DNA of 63,515 nt, counting the filler, from Choristocarpus tenellus KU-1152 (taxonomy: Eukaryota; Protista; Phaeophyceae), in NCBI GenBank assembly GCA_964200185.2. It is 12 parts of 12 records of this genome, joined end to end, with 100 filler letters (N's around TTAATTAATTAA, not from the genome) between each part and the next. Parts side by side here need not be neighbours in the genome. Positions count along the whole stretch, not along the records: positions 22,460 to 30,671 come from CAXNAD020004989.1; positions 30,772 to 36,278 come from CAXNAD020010577.1; positions 36,379 to 40,184 come from CAXNAD020017818.1; positions 40,285 to 43,977 come from CAXNAD020018481.1; positions 44,078 to 58,093 come from CAXNAD020001299.1; 7 more parts are not named here. The stretch is one strand, 5' to 3'. The translations under genes were made by a program, and so were the position numbers. Shown piece after piece: positions 30,531 to 44,509 of this stretch. Position 1 is the first letter of the stretch; each line of letters opens with the position of its first letter. Under the pieces are notes generated by a model. It worked only from the letters and a program-made list of their open reading frames with translations. It had not been told where the DNA came from and did not search any database.

Positions 30531-32630
30531 GAGCGCAATATGTAGTACCAACTCCAATAATCGGTCATCCACAATACGTCAAGTGACAATAAAGATGACC
30601 ACCAAGGGGCTGCATTATAGCATGAGCATCATAAAAGGTGGTTAGATGATATGACCCAAAGTATCTGGGGGNNNNNNNNNNNNNNNNNNNNNNNNNNNNN
30701 NNNNNNNNNNNNNNNTTAATTAATTAANNNNNNNNNNNNNNNNNNNNNNNNNNNNNNNNNNNNNNNNNNNNTTTTTTAAGACCGTTTTCGCAAAAAACCC
30801 ATCCTCATAGTCCCGCGCCTTCCTCAATTTTGAGATTCCCCTGTTCAATGCAAAAAGGGATACCTTCATTGTGGTAAGTCACCATTCTGGACAAGTGTAA
30901 GACTCTGATTATTGCTGAACTTAGTTCTTCCATTATTCCCTGATACGGACCCCTGCAATCTTTTGGATCCTCTCAGGTACGTACCATGTAAACCAAGCAA
31001 CTCACATCAATCCTGATTATTGTTAAAGATGGCAAATAGGCAATATACTTCTGACACAAGCAGGTCCAGGACTGTCAGACATATGTTTCTATGGAATAGG
31101 TCATAGTCCAGGACGAAGTGTACTAACCCTACCCAATGAAGGGGTGATGCACTTGCCATCATTAGATTTATTCTAACGCTTATTGAATCCGTCGATTGAT
31201 CAACCATATACTACATGGTGCTAGAATGTAGTGGGCGATCTCTCTTCCCACTTCACTTATCAAACACGTTATGTGGTCTTACAACCTGATGAAGACTTAC
31301 AAAAACGCTATGGACACGTACAAATGTAATTGTATATTTTCTTTCTTACAGAGATACCCATGTATGGTGGAATTTCGGTTCCATTTCTAAATTCTTCTCC
31401 TGAACTTCATCTATCGTCACTCTTAATTCTACGTAAGGCACTTCAAAATAAAACTCTGCGCTCTCGCGTAGATTAAATGCACATGGAACACCTCGTAACT
31501 CCATGTAATTCTCTTCTTGTTGCAATGTTCACATCTTTAGTCATGTGCTTCGGAAGAGAGTTTTGATGTGGAGGGGATAGAAGAAGTAAATGTGGACATA
31601 CCATTGATGGCTTACGTGATGGAGACCAACAGGTAGCATGCCTAATGACATACACTTACGACATTACTGTTCTCACTGTTGCATGTTAGGTATTATGTCA
31701 CAAGTAACACAAATTCAAAATAAGTGATGGTAGCCTTGCCTGTTGCTGAGGCACTATCAATACTACCATTTTCCTCTCCTTTCAATCAACTCAGTCTATT
31801 GTTCCTGCCAAATAATTTCAAAACTCACAAAAAATGTTCACAATAACTTCTAAAAGAAACGCTACAGAGAAAACATCCCTTACGTTCAAAGAAATAACAA
31901 ACGTTCACAAACCTCTGCTCCTGTATAGCAAAATACTTTTTGCAAACTTAACTGTAAATGTGACCCTGGGTGCACACAGGAAGTGCTAAAAAGGTGCACA
32001 AAACAATATCTCGAATCAAAGTAGTATGTTCTGCCTCCATACAAAAATCTTTCTGCCCTCTTGGCAAGAACTATGACAAAAATGAGGTAAGGGTGGGGAA
32101 GGGCTATCAAGTTTGCTCAATGTATATCACTACGTACATTTCCATCTAAAGAATAAATTCTTGATCCACTCACGATGTAGACAAGGTTGTCTCCAGAATG
32201 AACAAATCGCAGAAGGTCACAGAAAAATCTTTTTGAACATCAACTGCTAGCACACACATTATTTCCATATCAACAGAGGATTAACACACTCATTTGAAAG
32301 GTACAACTCAGGTACTCCCAAACATTGAAGCAATATTAGGATTTTGAAGTAGAGGTGCCATAGAAATCTTGTGATGCCAAAGAAACAGAGTGCTCACTTC
32401 TTGAGGGCGACTAATTTTCTAGTTTTGCTTTCATTTGAAACAACAGCCACCCTGCGTCTGAATTCTCTACAAGAATTGAGGTGGACACAGGTGTGGGATG
32501 AGGGAAGTATTTCCCACAGCAGAGTACAAACACACAAGCCTGTTGCCAAAGAATCCAAAAAACCCTACAACATGTAATCAACTGATGAAGTATCTCAGTC
32601 TCTTCCATTATCCTCTATTCAATACACTGA

Positions 32631-34634
32631 TCAATGGACGGGCTGTTGTGTTGAGATCTTGAGGCCCATATTAACACTCACCAACCTTTGTCTAGGGAAG
32701 CCCAAAGGCATTCCTGGGAACATCAAGGGTGGTGGCATAGCCAATGGCATGCCTACATCATTACACATTGGGTTCATTTGCATCATCATCTGCTGCGATT
32801 GGAGGCCCATCGTGGGCAGTGCCAAGCGAAAGGAGGATGGGCAGTTGGGAACTGCTGGCATGCCTTGTCCTAGGGTAGTCATGCCAGAATGATGATGAAG
32901 GGGCTGGGTAGACAAGTGCAGCAAGCAATCTACGAGCCTGCATCCAGTCACCTCCTCAAGCCCCTCCGTCAAGGCCATTACGTTCCATCTGGTTAACGGC
33001 CGAGTAACATTTTTGTAGGGGTAGCAGGTAGTCGTCAGAGGGGCCTAGAAAAAAGTACTTCCAGCCAACTGGCAAGTGTACCTTCAGAAAGGTCCATGGC
33101 GGGGGCTACAGTAGATGCCTATCAAGGTTCAAAACCATCTTAGATCTTTGTGGGGAAGGCAAACGTGGCAGATATCATGCACTTGTAAGTGAAATAACCA
33201 TCTGCAACGCTACTTCTAGCTAACAAACATCAAACCGCATCTACACGACAGAATTCACAGCCTGAGAACAGTTCCTGATTTGCAGCATCACTGGACGAAG
33301 GGGACAGTATGGCAAGACATTAACTGGTTCCACAGAGCATAGCAGTCTTATAACTCACCGTAGATCCACAGCCGCGAGCTTCGCGTTACTGTGATCAAAA
33401 CGCGCCTTCGCCATGCCACGGACAGATATTTCCCGTTTTCGCTTGAAGTCGAGGGCCGGCACATCTAGTTGAACATTTAACGTCCAACTGCACATAATCT
33501 TATCTGCAACAGCGAGTACGTTCGCCTCGTCCAGATCGAATCGAACTGTGCACACAACCTTGTGACAAGCATACAACCCTTCTTCCACAAGTAAGTCCTT
33601 GGAGGCAAGCTCGACTCGTCCATCCCCAGTCTCTACATGCTGACTTCCTTCTTTCCTTGTAATACCAGCGGGTGCACATCCTGCCCCATGGATCATCTCC
33701 ACAATTGCACTGGCAAAAGACGACGTCTCTTTCACAACAGCCTCGATCCCATTCCTCACGGTTAGGGCATCTCCTACTGCCACCAGGCCCTTCTTCGATG
33801 GGACGGGAAGAGCTGGACCACTGAAGGTAATGTTTTCTATCATGATATCAGAGTAGTTGCACAGAGATGAGGTTGTTGGTTTACTCCCTGCGCACGCTGA
33901 GGTACACCCACACTGTGTGAAGAAAGCTCTCAAGTTCATCATGCGCTGCACCTGGAGGAGTTACCGAGGCGTTAATGAACACCTCGGAGAGTAGGACATT
34001 TATGTCCGTAATTGACAAACAAGTGGAACATCCATGCACACACTAAGGGGTGGCGTACTAGGCAGGAATTGAGCAAACCTCGATTAGGCAAAGTCCATCA
34101 TATACCTACCCGCTTTTCCTTGTGAATTTGGACCGCTGCATCGGTGGTATCAACCATCGGCTCGAGCTTTTTTTGTAGCGTGTCCAACGCCTCAGATATC
34201 ATCTTCTTGCGCTGGCGCGTTGCCCGAGCATGCTCGCGATTTCTGTTAAGCGAAAGAGTGACTGATGTTATTTAAGTTGAAAATTAGTATGCTCCACAAC
34301 TTCAGATTGTTTCTTCACTTCTTCCAAAATGATGTCTACCTAGACAGAGGATTGCATTGCATACTTCACTGAAAAGGACGCATTGCAGTTTTCACCTCTT
34401 CTTGGTGAGCTCACTGCGTTCCTCTGCACTGAAGTTCTTTCTCTTCCCATACTTCGTGCGCTCCGTACGAGGAAGATCCCTAAGGAGTGGCAGGAGGTCG
34501 AGTTTCTCCGCAGCCTCATGGGAGAGGTGTAGCTCTTTCAGTAGCTTTGCTGCCGGGTTGTTGCCCATGAAAATATCACCCACATCGCATGCCTCATTCT
34601 CTCCACAGTCCTGGGTAGGAACACGTACACTCAT
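32631..34634 (-). CDS. bZIP transcription factor with stramenopile-type C-terminal domain (exons 34634-34396, 34242-34110, 33951-33359, 32988-~32631)
   Basis: Basic region spliced as SAEERSELTKKR|NREHARATRQRKKMISEALDTLQKKL (N-x7-R). All three introns are GT-AG and phase-compatible. The 3' end may splice again at a GTGAGT near 32680. Confidence 0.85.
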
Positions 34635-35914
34635 CTCACCCTTGCCCTGTCCACGATCAACAAATAAACTCCTAAATAGTTGCCAATGGGTAGGTGAAGC
34701 TAAGTCTTACCAACCTCCTACCAAACTTGCCAAATTGGGTGAGAGAGTGGAAAGGTGTTAAGGGGTTTGATGTAAGTTTGAGTCTTTTATGGCTTTGTAG
34801 GTACCAATAATCTCTGTATAAGTGAGATACGTTATCGCCCATGGTTCATCTCTTGACAATTTACTGACCCAGTTTTGATAGTTCTGTATCTCATTGTTTC
34901 GTTACAGATATTATTATAGTGATATCAATCAATCAAAGAAAGAACTTTCGTCAAGAGGAAACTTCCTCCTGTCTAACCAAACGCTATAAGTCGAAATCAC
35001 GGAATATCAACCAAAAAGTGTTCGGATGTCAATAAATCCCGCCACTCTAATACTTCTATAAGCAAAGTTTCATGAGTCTTGTACATGTTGGAGGGCTTCT
35101 AGTTCTGAATAGTATAAATATTCAGTTTAGTGCACCTTCCACTATGAACAAGATAGAACGACCGGTAGGATATTTTCCTCTGAAACATGTCCAAATGTCA
35201 CAACGTATAATAATATAACATAGGGAAATGTAATTGTACCGTTCAAGGAGATGTTTTTTTATAATATTATGGTGTGAAATTTTATTGATATGTGATGGAA
35301 AATCAAACCAAGAATAATTTATAATAGATAGGGGGGATAGGAACGGGAGGATATTACAGGAAAGGAGTAGTTAAATAAATTCCAGTTACGCCAAATTGTT
35401 TCGGTGAATACGCAAGTGGCATTGTCTCGACGTGTCGTTCACTATAAACTAGGGGTTTATTGGATTCTTGGGATGCCTCCCTAGTTCCCCCCCCGGGGAG
35501 CAAGAGTAGGTAGATGGGAAGCACAGGAAGACAGTACAATATTGATCGTGGTAAAGTAACTGATAGATTAGTGGTTTTCATACTTACACAGTGTTTTATA
35601 GTGTTTTCACATTTATGATATTTTATTTCTTTAGGGCTTATACTGACATATATATTTTCATTTGTTTTCCCCCTGTCAAAAATGTCAGAGGGCATAATAA
35701 TTTATTTATAATAGTAGTAGTTGCTACAATTTAGAAATCACGAAATCTATAAAATATTATATTCCTGTAATACTAATTCTATTGTATAATTGGTTTGAAT
35801 TGATGTAATGTTAATGAACATTAGTTTCCAGTTATTTTATAAATAAGAATATAGAATTTCGGTTTAGTTTTTATGACTATAAAAAATACAAAGGTATATT
35901 ATTTGGAATTAATA

Positions 35915-36278
35915 TCCTCGTAAGGCAGGAAGGCCCTTATGATGAGTCCTTCTCAAAAGCCATCTATACGAGCCCCACCAATCAGGTCTTAGGAACATCC
36001 ATTCACTCCCTCCTACCCACAGGTGTTCCCCCAGAAGACCTTCCCGAAATCATTGGCCAAGACTGGGTAACCTGGGGGGGAACAACATATCCTAGCTGCC
36101 CATGATGCCAGGATCACAAGGAGAGCTCAACACGAGATCACACGCCTCCTCAACAAGATCCATTTTGACTCCTTCAGGACACAACTGGTCGGCCTTCCAA
36201 ATGAGACACACCAAGGGAGGGAAAGCTCCTCATTGGCCCTAGCACTCCACCGGAGCCAGTGTGGACTAGGGGCAAATG
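35915..36278 (+). mobile_element. Fragment of CRE-like non-LTR retrotransposon
   Basis: Diverged reverse complement of ~47090-47480 (e.g. ACAGGTGTTCCCCCAGAAGACCTTCCCGAAATCATTGGCCAAGACT). Confidence 0.85.
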
Positions 36279-39179
36279 NNNNNNNNNNNNNNNNNNNNNN
36301 NNNNNNNNNNNNNNNNNNNNNNTTAATTAATTAANNNNNNNNNNNNNNNNNNNNNNNNNNNNNNNNNNNNNNNNNNNNCAATAATGTTGAACGCCGTCAA
36401 GTTGGGTCCTGGGACAGTTAGGGTATGGCGGAGGGCCTTGCCTGCTAATAACGCCTCCGTGTGTATGTAAATCCAATAATCTTCCTATGCATATGAGCTA
36501 GGGCTGTATTTTCAATTGGTTTTATTTGGTTTTCTTTGTGCTGATGTCCTGAAATTAGCAGTCCGATGTATGCAGGCAGTGTAGGACAGGATGATTAGGG
36601 TCTCGCGACCAGGCATTCAACCTCTTGGGGGGAGGGAGAGATGATGTCTGAAACATTAATTCAATGATGAGTGACTAATGCGCAGGAATTAAGATTCTTT
36701 GCAGAGTAATGCACCCATGAATGTTTGTAAACTGGTAGATATCTCTTTGTTACATTCAAGAAGAGATTGAGGAGTCAGAAATGGTGCCAGCTTTCTCACC
36801 TGGTCATTACTGCGACATTGCCAACCTTTGGTCACCATCAGTACTTCTTGTCCTATTTAAGATTGCGACCCAAGAAAGCAATGTAGGAGGGGGAGATGAT
36901 TTAGGAGGTAGATCCAACAGTCGCAAATGGCAATGAGGAGCAGTGTGGTCAGCAGATTTTCCGTCCTTAATCATAAACTTAAAGTTGAAGTGGCCAAGAA
37001 TGCCTTGAAGCCTTTGTAGTTTTTCCAAGTATCCTTCTTTTTTAACTGGCTATATGATGCTGTACATCAGAGCTAATCCTCCAAAATATTCCATATACTC
37101 TGCCACATGTAATGCAAGATGCAAAGGATCACACAGTTCTTTTTTTTCAACACAATAGAAGTGACAGTCAACAAAATGAACAACATCAGATGTAGAATCA
37201 CAAGAGTGCAGACTTCCAATCATGGTTAACCAAGAACTCAGAGGCTTACATGTATTTCAACCCCCTAATGCACCTTCTACGTCCTCTCACCCACCTCTGT
37301 TGTATTCAGGTTTAGGCATGACAATGCCTGTGATCCCCCACCTCCCCTCACTATGTACACCATCAGTCCTCCTTCCTGTCCCACAGAATATCTTTATTTT
37401 TGTTTGATTCTCTCTGTACAGAGGGCTGTGTCTACGTTCCATGGCCCTACTCTGTGATGCCTTCCCCCCTCCTGTCCTGAACTTGGTGGGCTCGTCCTGG
37501 GTCCCAACAATAGAGCTCACTTGCCACTTCAGAGGGAGGCCTGATACTGGCCCCACCGCCGACCCTTGGTGTAGGTATGTATTCAGTAGTTGGATGGAGT
37601 GGGAGGGGGGGGGCTAACTGTCATGTAGCAGAAAGATGGTAATATGATCCTGTTTATTCTTTTTTGTGCTGATTGATGCAAGCATACAAACAATTTGTAG
37701 GAAAGTGAGCGCTATGATAGAGGAATTACACATATAGTAGTTGTTGAGGGTGTAGAGGCACTGCTAAAGTCATCCCTTATCCTGAAGGGTGTAGCGGTAA
37801 GAGGCATGGTGTCTGACCCTGATAGTTAAAGTAATGAGCAAGGGTATGCCATCTTCTGGAGCAATCCAGAGGTGACTTTCCTGTCCCACATTTTACTATT
37901 ATTAGATGGCACCTTGACATGCGAGGATCGCACCCTTTTGATGAACCTTTGTGCATAGTACTAGTGATGACTTCAAAAGTACCTTCTCTAGGTCATTTGA
38001 GTGTGCTTGGGCTTTTGGGGAACATGTGTGTGCATACCATGCGGTAGAGAGAGTATTTCACAGAGTATAAACTCTATGTGTATTCGACTCATCCGAGACA
38101 ACTCTATTAGCGCTTTTTGGCATTATTTTTATACGGTGTGTGTTGGCAGGGAGATAGGTGTTGTGCTGAAAAAAATGATGGGTCTGTTTGCACAACTTCT
38201 GTGTTACGCTGTGTAATACAACATATGAAGCTTCCCTTTATTTTTCCCTTCATGCTGTTCTCACCCCCCTCCCTTCCTCCCCCCCCTTACATGGATACGT
38301 TTTGCAAACATTTTCTCCCTCACTTTTGTTAATGTTTCATTCTGGTGGAAAAGAGTGCGCTTCCAAACTCGATTCCTCATTAACGGGTTGCTGGAGGAAG
38401 ATGGGGAAATATGGACAGCCGACGGACAGAGGCTTTTGTGCCAGTCACGCCAATTAGCTAGAATCTGGACCCCATCTTCTCTCTAGAAGAAGCCTTCGCA
38501 CACACTTGTTGCTGGGAAACTTCAAACTTCAACTATGGAAGGTTATAGGTTATGTTCTTTGATCAACTTTTGAGTATATCAAGCTTGTATTCCTTTGCTT
38601 CAGAGATTGTTTCTTTTTCTTCAGATACTCTCTCTTGGTGTTGTAGGCCCTATAACAGTACTGTGAGTGATACTGACAGATGGCTTCTAGTGTAATAGCA
38701 TTATGAGGTTCTACACAATGTCGTGGTGGGCTTAGATGGTTATGCTCACAATTGGTAAACATCTACTTTCTCTGGAGTATTGTACAGTAAGGACTGTCTT
38801 TGCCAAAATGTACCATGAAATGAGGCCTTGTTACTTCTGATCAAATTAGATATGGTACTATGATTATTCATTTCGGAACAACTGTATCCAAATGGAGGAA
38901 AAGAAGACACTTCTTAGTTTGCCTAGAATAAGAATATTATCATATGGAAGCATAATGTGGAACAGAGGTAGGTATCAAGAGGAGAACAGCGAGGGACCTG
39001 AACTGCGTCAAAGCCATGGTGCCTGGATTAGGGCAATGACCCCTGTCGGTCTAGCAATGCGTACCAAAGATTAGTAGAGATGGTATTTGAGGTTCTGACA
39101 ATCAAAATGCCCATACGAAATAGAAAACTTCCTCCAGGCCGCAATACAGTTTATATATGGGTCAGAATGTACGTTGACC

Positions 39180-39370
39180 ATTGCGATGTACCTCATGGAC
39201 AGGATGTTCTTCACCACAATGAAGATAGTTCTTCTGACCCTCCCTGCAGATGAAAAATCACGTTTCATCTACACCAACGTTGTCTTCAAAATTGTAGAAT
39301 AGGCTCTTTGAGCCCCCAGGTCCCTCCCCTCTCAGCCTTTGTGCCTTACACTCATCAGTTAAACAGCCTA
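39180..39370 (-). mobile_element. Tc1/mariner (DD39D-like) transposase fragment
   Basis: Minus strand LTDECKAQRL...FYNFEDNVGVDET*FFICREGQKNYLHCGEEHPVH resembles the FDD..VHVDEKWFY...YL..GE.PP motif around the first catalytic Asp. Confidence 0.6.
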
Positions 39371-39479
39371 GGATAGGTTAAGTATGCACTCAGGTCAACC
39401 TTGTCCATATTTTCATGCAGAATGGACTGCAGGATACCCAGGTGAGCGTGCTGTATCGTGCAGTTTCTTATGCTGGAGT

Positions 39480-39840
39480 GACTTCGATACAGAAACTTCA
39501 CTCATGATCTCGAATGGTCTTCATTCTAAACTCCTACAATTATCTGATGAAAATTATGTCGACTGGTTTGCCAAGACGCTTGCTTTCTTGGGTGAAATAG
39601 GCGACATCAATCAAGCACTGGAGTATAGGGGGGAGCCTCTTCGAGTGGGTGATATCAACCTCATTAAGGGGGAATGAGTGAGCGAAGAAGACCCCCCAGC
39701 TCTTGGACTGAGAGTAGATATGCCCTCAAGTTCTCGAGAGATGTGAAGGGAAATACGCAGATGAGGATAAACAAAACATCACAACTGCCTTGTCCTCATT
39801 CTTCATCAAGCGAAGTGTGAGGATAGGAGATGAAATGCGA
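39480..39840 (+). mobile_element. Copia gag fragment of the same family as 11330-11650
   Basis: GGAGCCTCTTCGAGTGGGTGATATCAACCTCATTAAGGGGGA (~39632) vs GGAGCCCATCAGAGTGGGCGATATTAACTTCATCAAGGGGGA (~11432); peptide YVDWFAKTLAFLGE. Confidence 0.7.
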
Positions 39841-40033
39841 AATCGGGGACAATTGCAACAGACGCCAAAGTGAAATGCACCCACTCATCATGGCCTACAA
39901 TGAAATTTTATCAAGCATGCTGTACCCTAGTGATGTGCCATCAGCCAAAGTCATTTTGCGACCTCCTGGGCTTGGGGTGAAACCATACATTCTTTGTTGG
40001 ATCATTCATCATGCTGTTTGATGCCCACAATGC

Positions 40034-40130
40034 TCAAAGTATCTGGGGGGGAGTAGCATCTGTCCATTTGGGGCATATTTTTCCATGTCGCGATTTTTGG
40101 GTGATTTGGTCGCATGCGTCGGATGTATAA
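40034..40130 (+). mobile_element. Diverged end of the inverted-repeat element family
   Basis: CAAAGTATCTGGGGGG...GTCCATTTGGGG...GCGATTTT parallels the left end of copy A. The same CAAAGTATCTGGGG end is at 30657-30671 and, inverted, at 40285-40303. Confidence 0.6.
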
Positions 40131-40449
40131 TGTGATTGCACTTCTCCTGGTCAGGGCCCGATTGGACACCCTCGGGTAGACCCCNNNNNNNNNNNNNNNN
40201 NNNNNNNNNNNNNNNNNNNNNNNNNNNNTTAATTAATTAANNNNNNNNNNNNNNNNNNNNNNNNNNNNNNNNNNNNNNNNNNNNCCCCCCCCCAGATACT
40301 TTGACCCTTTTGAGAAAGGATATGTAGTGTCTTGATCATCCCACTTCAAGTCTCAAATCGTGTTCCAAATGATATTTACGATGTTGATAATATTTTTTCA
40401 ATGCATACTATGCTACAATATGACTTCTATTTAAAATTAATGCTTCTAC

Positions 40450-43400
40450 AAAATATCATCGACAACAACAATGTTAAAGGTATTTCTTCCTTCAGTTCGG
40501 ATGTATCCATCAGCGGGACATACCCACCTGATCGAGGTATCAGAAAGAGCACCAGTGTGCTGCAGGTCATCAAAGACGGACCTGGTGAGGTTGGGGAAGA
40601 AGAAAAGGTAAGAGGCAACCCATCTACTCTAACGGATCGTCATGTAGTTGTTATTTTAGTTGTTGCTCTTAATGTGACACAATGAGTGAGGGTTAGGGCT
40701 TGTGGAGATGCTTAATGTTTATAGGCAGGGACATGATACTAATTATATTATATGTGGGTTCAATTATTTTATAAACAGCCCATTCATGAACTCCTACATT
40801 ATGCCCAGCACTATTTTGATGGTATGTCCTGGGTGGGATGTATGATGTATTAGAATGAGTTGGTCAGGTCAATCTGAGAACGAAGATCCCCTCCTTGCTC
40901 TCCCCGTTCTTTCCCTTCCTCTGTTTCATCTCTAACTCTCCAGAGGAGGATGTGGTCACTCTTTGCACGGCACGCCACGGTCATCTTGGTTTTGATCTAC
41001 CTCATTTACACTCAGGTCTCCACAATTGTGAGTTGGAAGGTAATGTATGATTACCATCCATTTTTTTCTCTGTTTCTCTTGGTAAGGTTTGGAACATTTT
41101 CAGCATGCCCATTATGGCATAAGTTTTGGCTGGGACAAACTGTAAATTGCATTTTTAGATATTGTACGTATCCTTTCATTTGAGGATGAAAGATCTAGCT
41201 AGTGGTTGTATTTTATCGTTTTATATTTTTAGCATTCATATCCATCCACAATTCAACATTTTTAGACTGTTTTGCTTATTGTACCAGAGAGAAACTGCAA
41301 CATGGGTATCAGATATCGGATGGAGGACACAAAATAGGCATCACGCTATCCATAATCCTTCCTTCCTCCATCCCCCTTCCTGGCTCTGATATTGATCTTA
41401 ATCATACACTTGTATCACCAATTTATTTATGACCTAGGTGTTCCAGACATTTGTGTGTGAGGACATCTCTGAGGGCTCTGGTGAGCTGGAGAGCTACTTG
41501 AGGGCAGATTTTAGCATCCGCTGCGAAACTGGGGAGCATCGAGCGTACAAGGCCTATGCTGCTTTCATGATCTTCCTTTGTGAGTTCCCACAATAATCAC
41601 GGTATGTCTCATGTTCGTGCTTTCAGTTGGAGTGGTGATCAGGAAGGTGTAAGTAATGTTTATATAGTTTGCTGCATTGCTGCTGATGTTGTACGCACTC
41701 CCGAATTATTTACTAAATTCAGGTATGACATTATGAGGCTCTTGATGCTCTCATTACTATCATTCTGGAGTATTCTTTCCTTCTGTAGCGTGGCTGTGGT
41801 TGGGGTTACTTCCTTTTGTGTGATGACAAAAATAGTTAAATTGGAGGGGCATACTTTTGAGTGTTGATTGCTGATTGTTCCGTCCATCATCTATTTGCCA
41901 AAAATAATAGTACTTTGAAGTATTCACCTAGCGCCTCCTCCCCAAATAATTTCTTGCCATGAGCTGGTTGCCACTAACGATGTTTCTCTGTTGCCTCCCA
42001 TACTTGTTTTGTTGTTGTTGTAGATCCGCTTGGGATACCACTGCTGTTTGGGATTGTCCTGTGGAAGCAGAAGAGGCATATCAACCCTCCTTCCATCACG
42101 GAGAAGAAGACCAGGGGAAAATACGTAGTACAGGTCAACAAGTTGGAGTAATTACTCAGGTTATGATTGGATTTTGCTGTGGATAAAGGGGTGGAAATAT
42201 TCCAAGTGCCTTTGGTTGGGGTAGAGACCAGTTGCAGTGTTGAAAGTGTCGGCTTGCTCTTGGCTGTTGGTAATTCCAAACACAACAGATTACTTCCCAA
42301 GACAGTATTGAATTGTTGACCCCCACAATTTTTGGAGGTACGGATCACTGTTCGTTTGCCTGAAAGGTATATACTGATGTTGATCCGAATACAAAAATAC
42401 CAGAGTTCAGCTATATTGTATAGAGCCCTACATGTGGGGGGGTGAGATGAGCGGAGAATCAGTCGTTGTGTCTAAGTGATTTTAACTAGTTGAAATCTGT
42501 TGAAACCTTAATCACTGTGTTGCTTTGCCTTTGTTGTTCCTCGCTGGTCCTCTCCCCCTCCCGCAATGATCACTGGCCCTCACCCTGTTCTCCCTAGCTA
42601 TCGATACAGATATTGCATTTTTTTCAAGGGATGCAGTGCCTGCTGATGGAACTGCTGCTGCTACGATTATATGTGTGTGTGTACGCGGGGTGGTGGTGTT
42701 ATGTCGGTCTCTATCTGTAGGTATCTGCGTGCTTTTACTTTTGTGTAGTAGGTATTATCACAATCTACTGTCATTTTTGTTGCCATGACTGTATGTTAAT
42801 GCTGATATTTATATGTTTAATCCTACCCTATTTTGTTCTTTTCCTACTATAGGAAAACAATATTCAGGGGAAAATGCTTGTCCAGCGAAAGAGGAACAAA
42901 AATATTGCACCCACATCCTTCCTCTGGAGACCATACTCCCCTGAGGGGTACTATTATGAGGTAGAGTGCCATATGGCTAGGACTTGCGTGTTGCCTGAGG
43001 ATTGATCCATGGCGTTGCTTGGAATGCAATGCAAATATTCCAGCGTACGTCCCACACACTGTCTCTCTAACAACACCTACATACACTCTCTTGGTCAATT
43101 CTTTGCAATGCCTACCGAGACAACAGGTTGTGGAGTGTGGGCGCCGCCTGATCTTGACTGGCATCATGGTGTTCATATTGCCTAACTCTTCTGGGCAGGT
43201 GGCCATTGGGTGCATCTTTGCATTCCTCAGGTTGGCTTGTATGTTGGGGGGTGGAAGGAGTGGGGCAAGGGTTGTAGAGTGTATCATGAGTCCCTCCCCA
43301 TAGGTGCTTTTTTTTCTCGTGGAGTTTGATACAGAAAGGTTATGATTGAATACAATACAAATTAATTTGTTCTCCCCTCCTTGCTCTTTTGCGCATTGTG

Positions 43401-43794
43401 GAATTACTTTTTCGTGGTCACATAATGATAGGATTTCGGTTACTATTGGTTTGAATGAGGTGCACTGGAACAATATATAGTTCTTGAAGTGTATGTCCAT
43501 GAACAGTTGGATTATCGAGAAATTATTCCTGAAACAGTAGAGAGGTAGAAAGTTCATTGAAGGCTAAGATGTGTGGTCTGATACAGTGTGATAATGGCGA
43601 TTTTGACCGACTACAGATATGTGTTCGTTTTCTTGGTCCCTATATGATTGTGTTAAGTACCACGCCATATCATGTCTTTTGATGGGAAAAGCACAACGTC
43701 AAGATTCCATATTTTACTATTCCCTGGTATTACTAGCGCTCTATGAAACGAACCACCGGACGTCACTGACCCTGACTGCACACATACAGACACT

Positions 43795-43839
<45 letters not shown>

Positions 43840-43929
43840 CCTCACACTCACACTCACATTCGCAGTCTGGTCTTGTTTGAGCTCCTGCAGCCTCACCTGG
43901 ACCCCATTGACAGATCGCTCTACCGCACG
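40450..43929 (+). CDS. Multi-pass membrane protein, internal part (exons ?-40607, 40944-41027, 41438-41579, 42024-~42133, 42853-42960, 43127-43230, 43866-43929)
   Basis: HATVILVLIYLIYTQVSTI|VFQTFVCED...YLRADFSIRCETGEHRAYKAYAAFMIFLY|PLGIPLLF...TSFLWRPYSPEGYYYE|VVECGRRLILTGIMVFI...: motifs of the expanded stramenopile multi-TM (TRP-like) family often fused to beta-helix ectodomains. Confidence 0.85.
43781..43860. repeat. (CT)n(CA)n(CACACT)n compound microsatellite next to a splice acceptor
   Basis: Directly visible immediately upstream of the acceptor at 43865. Confidence 0.9.
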
Positions 43930-44509
43930 GTGAGCAATTGTGCAACAGTTGACTGAGTATTGCATTACAGGGGGGGGNNNNNNNNNNNNNNNNNNNNNNN
44001 NNNNNNNNNNNNNNNNNNNNNTTAATTAATTAANNNNNNNNNNNNNNNNNNNNNNNNNNNNNNNNNNNNNNNNNNNNCTAAGGGGGGGTACTAAGTGCAT
44101 TTCAGGCACAGGCATCATGGTGTAGATTGCGTTCGGCAAAAAGACCTCAAAAGAACCAAAACCATCTCCCATCTTAGATGACTTCACTCAAGACTATCGA
44201 ATGTTACTTTCTTTCCAATCCTTCCTCACAATATTTAAAATGTTCCTATTCGTCTGCTGGTTTCAAGAGAGGCCCATAAGCCGACCACTCAAGATTACCA
44301 TCATCGTCACAGAACATTCAGCCTTGATTAAAAGTCTAAGTAGAGAAGTATTTCAATGTTCCCACATCGGAGAACCAGATGAGGCATAGCTACAGTTCAG
44401 CAGCAAAGTTCTCTGTGGCTATACCTCTGCTGTATTGCACTCTGCATTAATCTATACATGCGTCCATTAAGAAGGAGAGCATAAGAGAAGTGGGGCAAAA
44501 AATTGATTG

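Noticed and set aside
31007-31090. Possible terminal exon of the bZIP gene
   Set aside because: Splice-like boundaries exist, but the frame and linkage cannot be determined from sequence alone.
42847-43557. 236-aa minus-strand ORF and many other 60-200 aa ORFs in the track
   Set aside because: They are antisense or intronic shadows of real exons, or low-complexity sequence, with no recognisable motifs.
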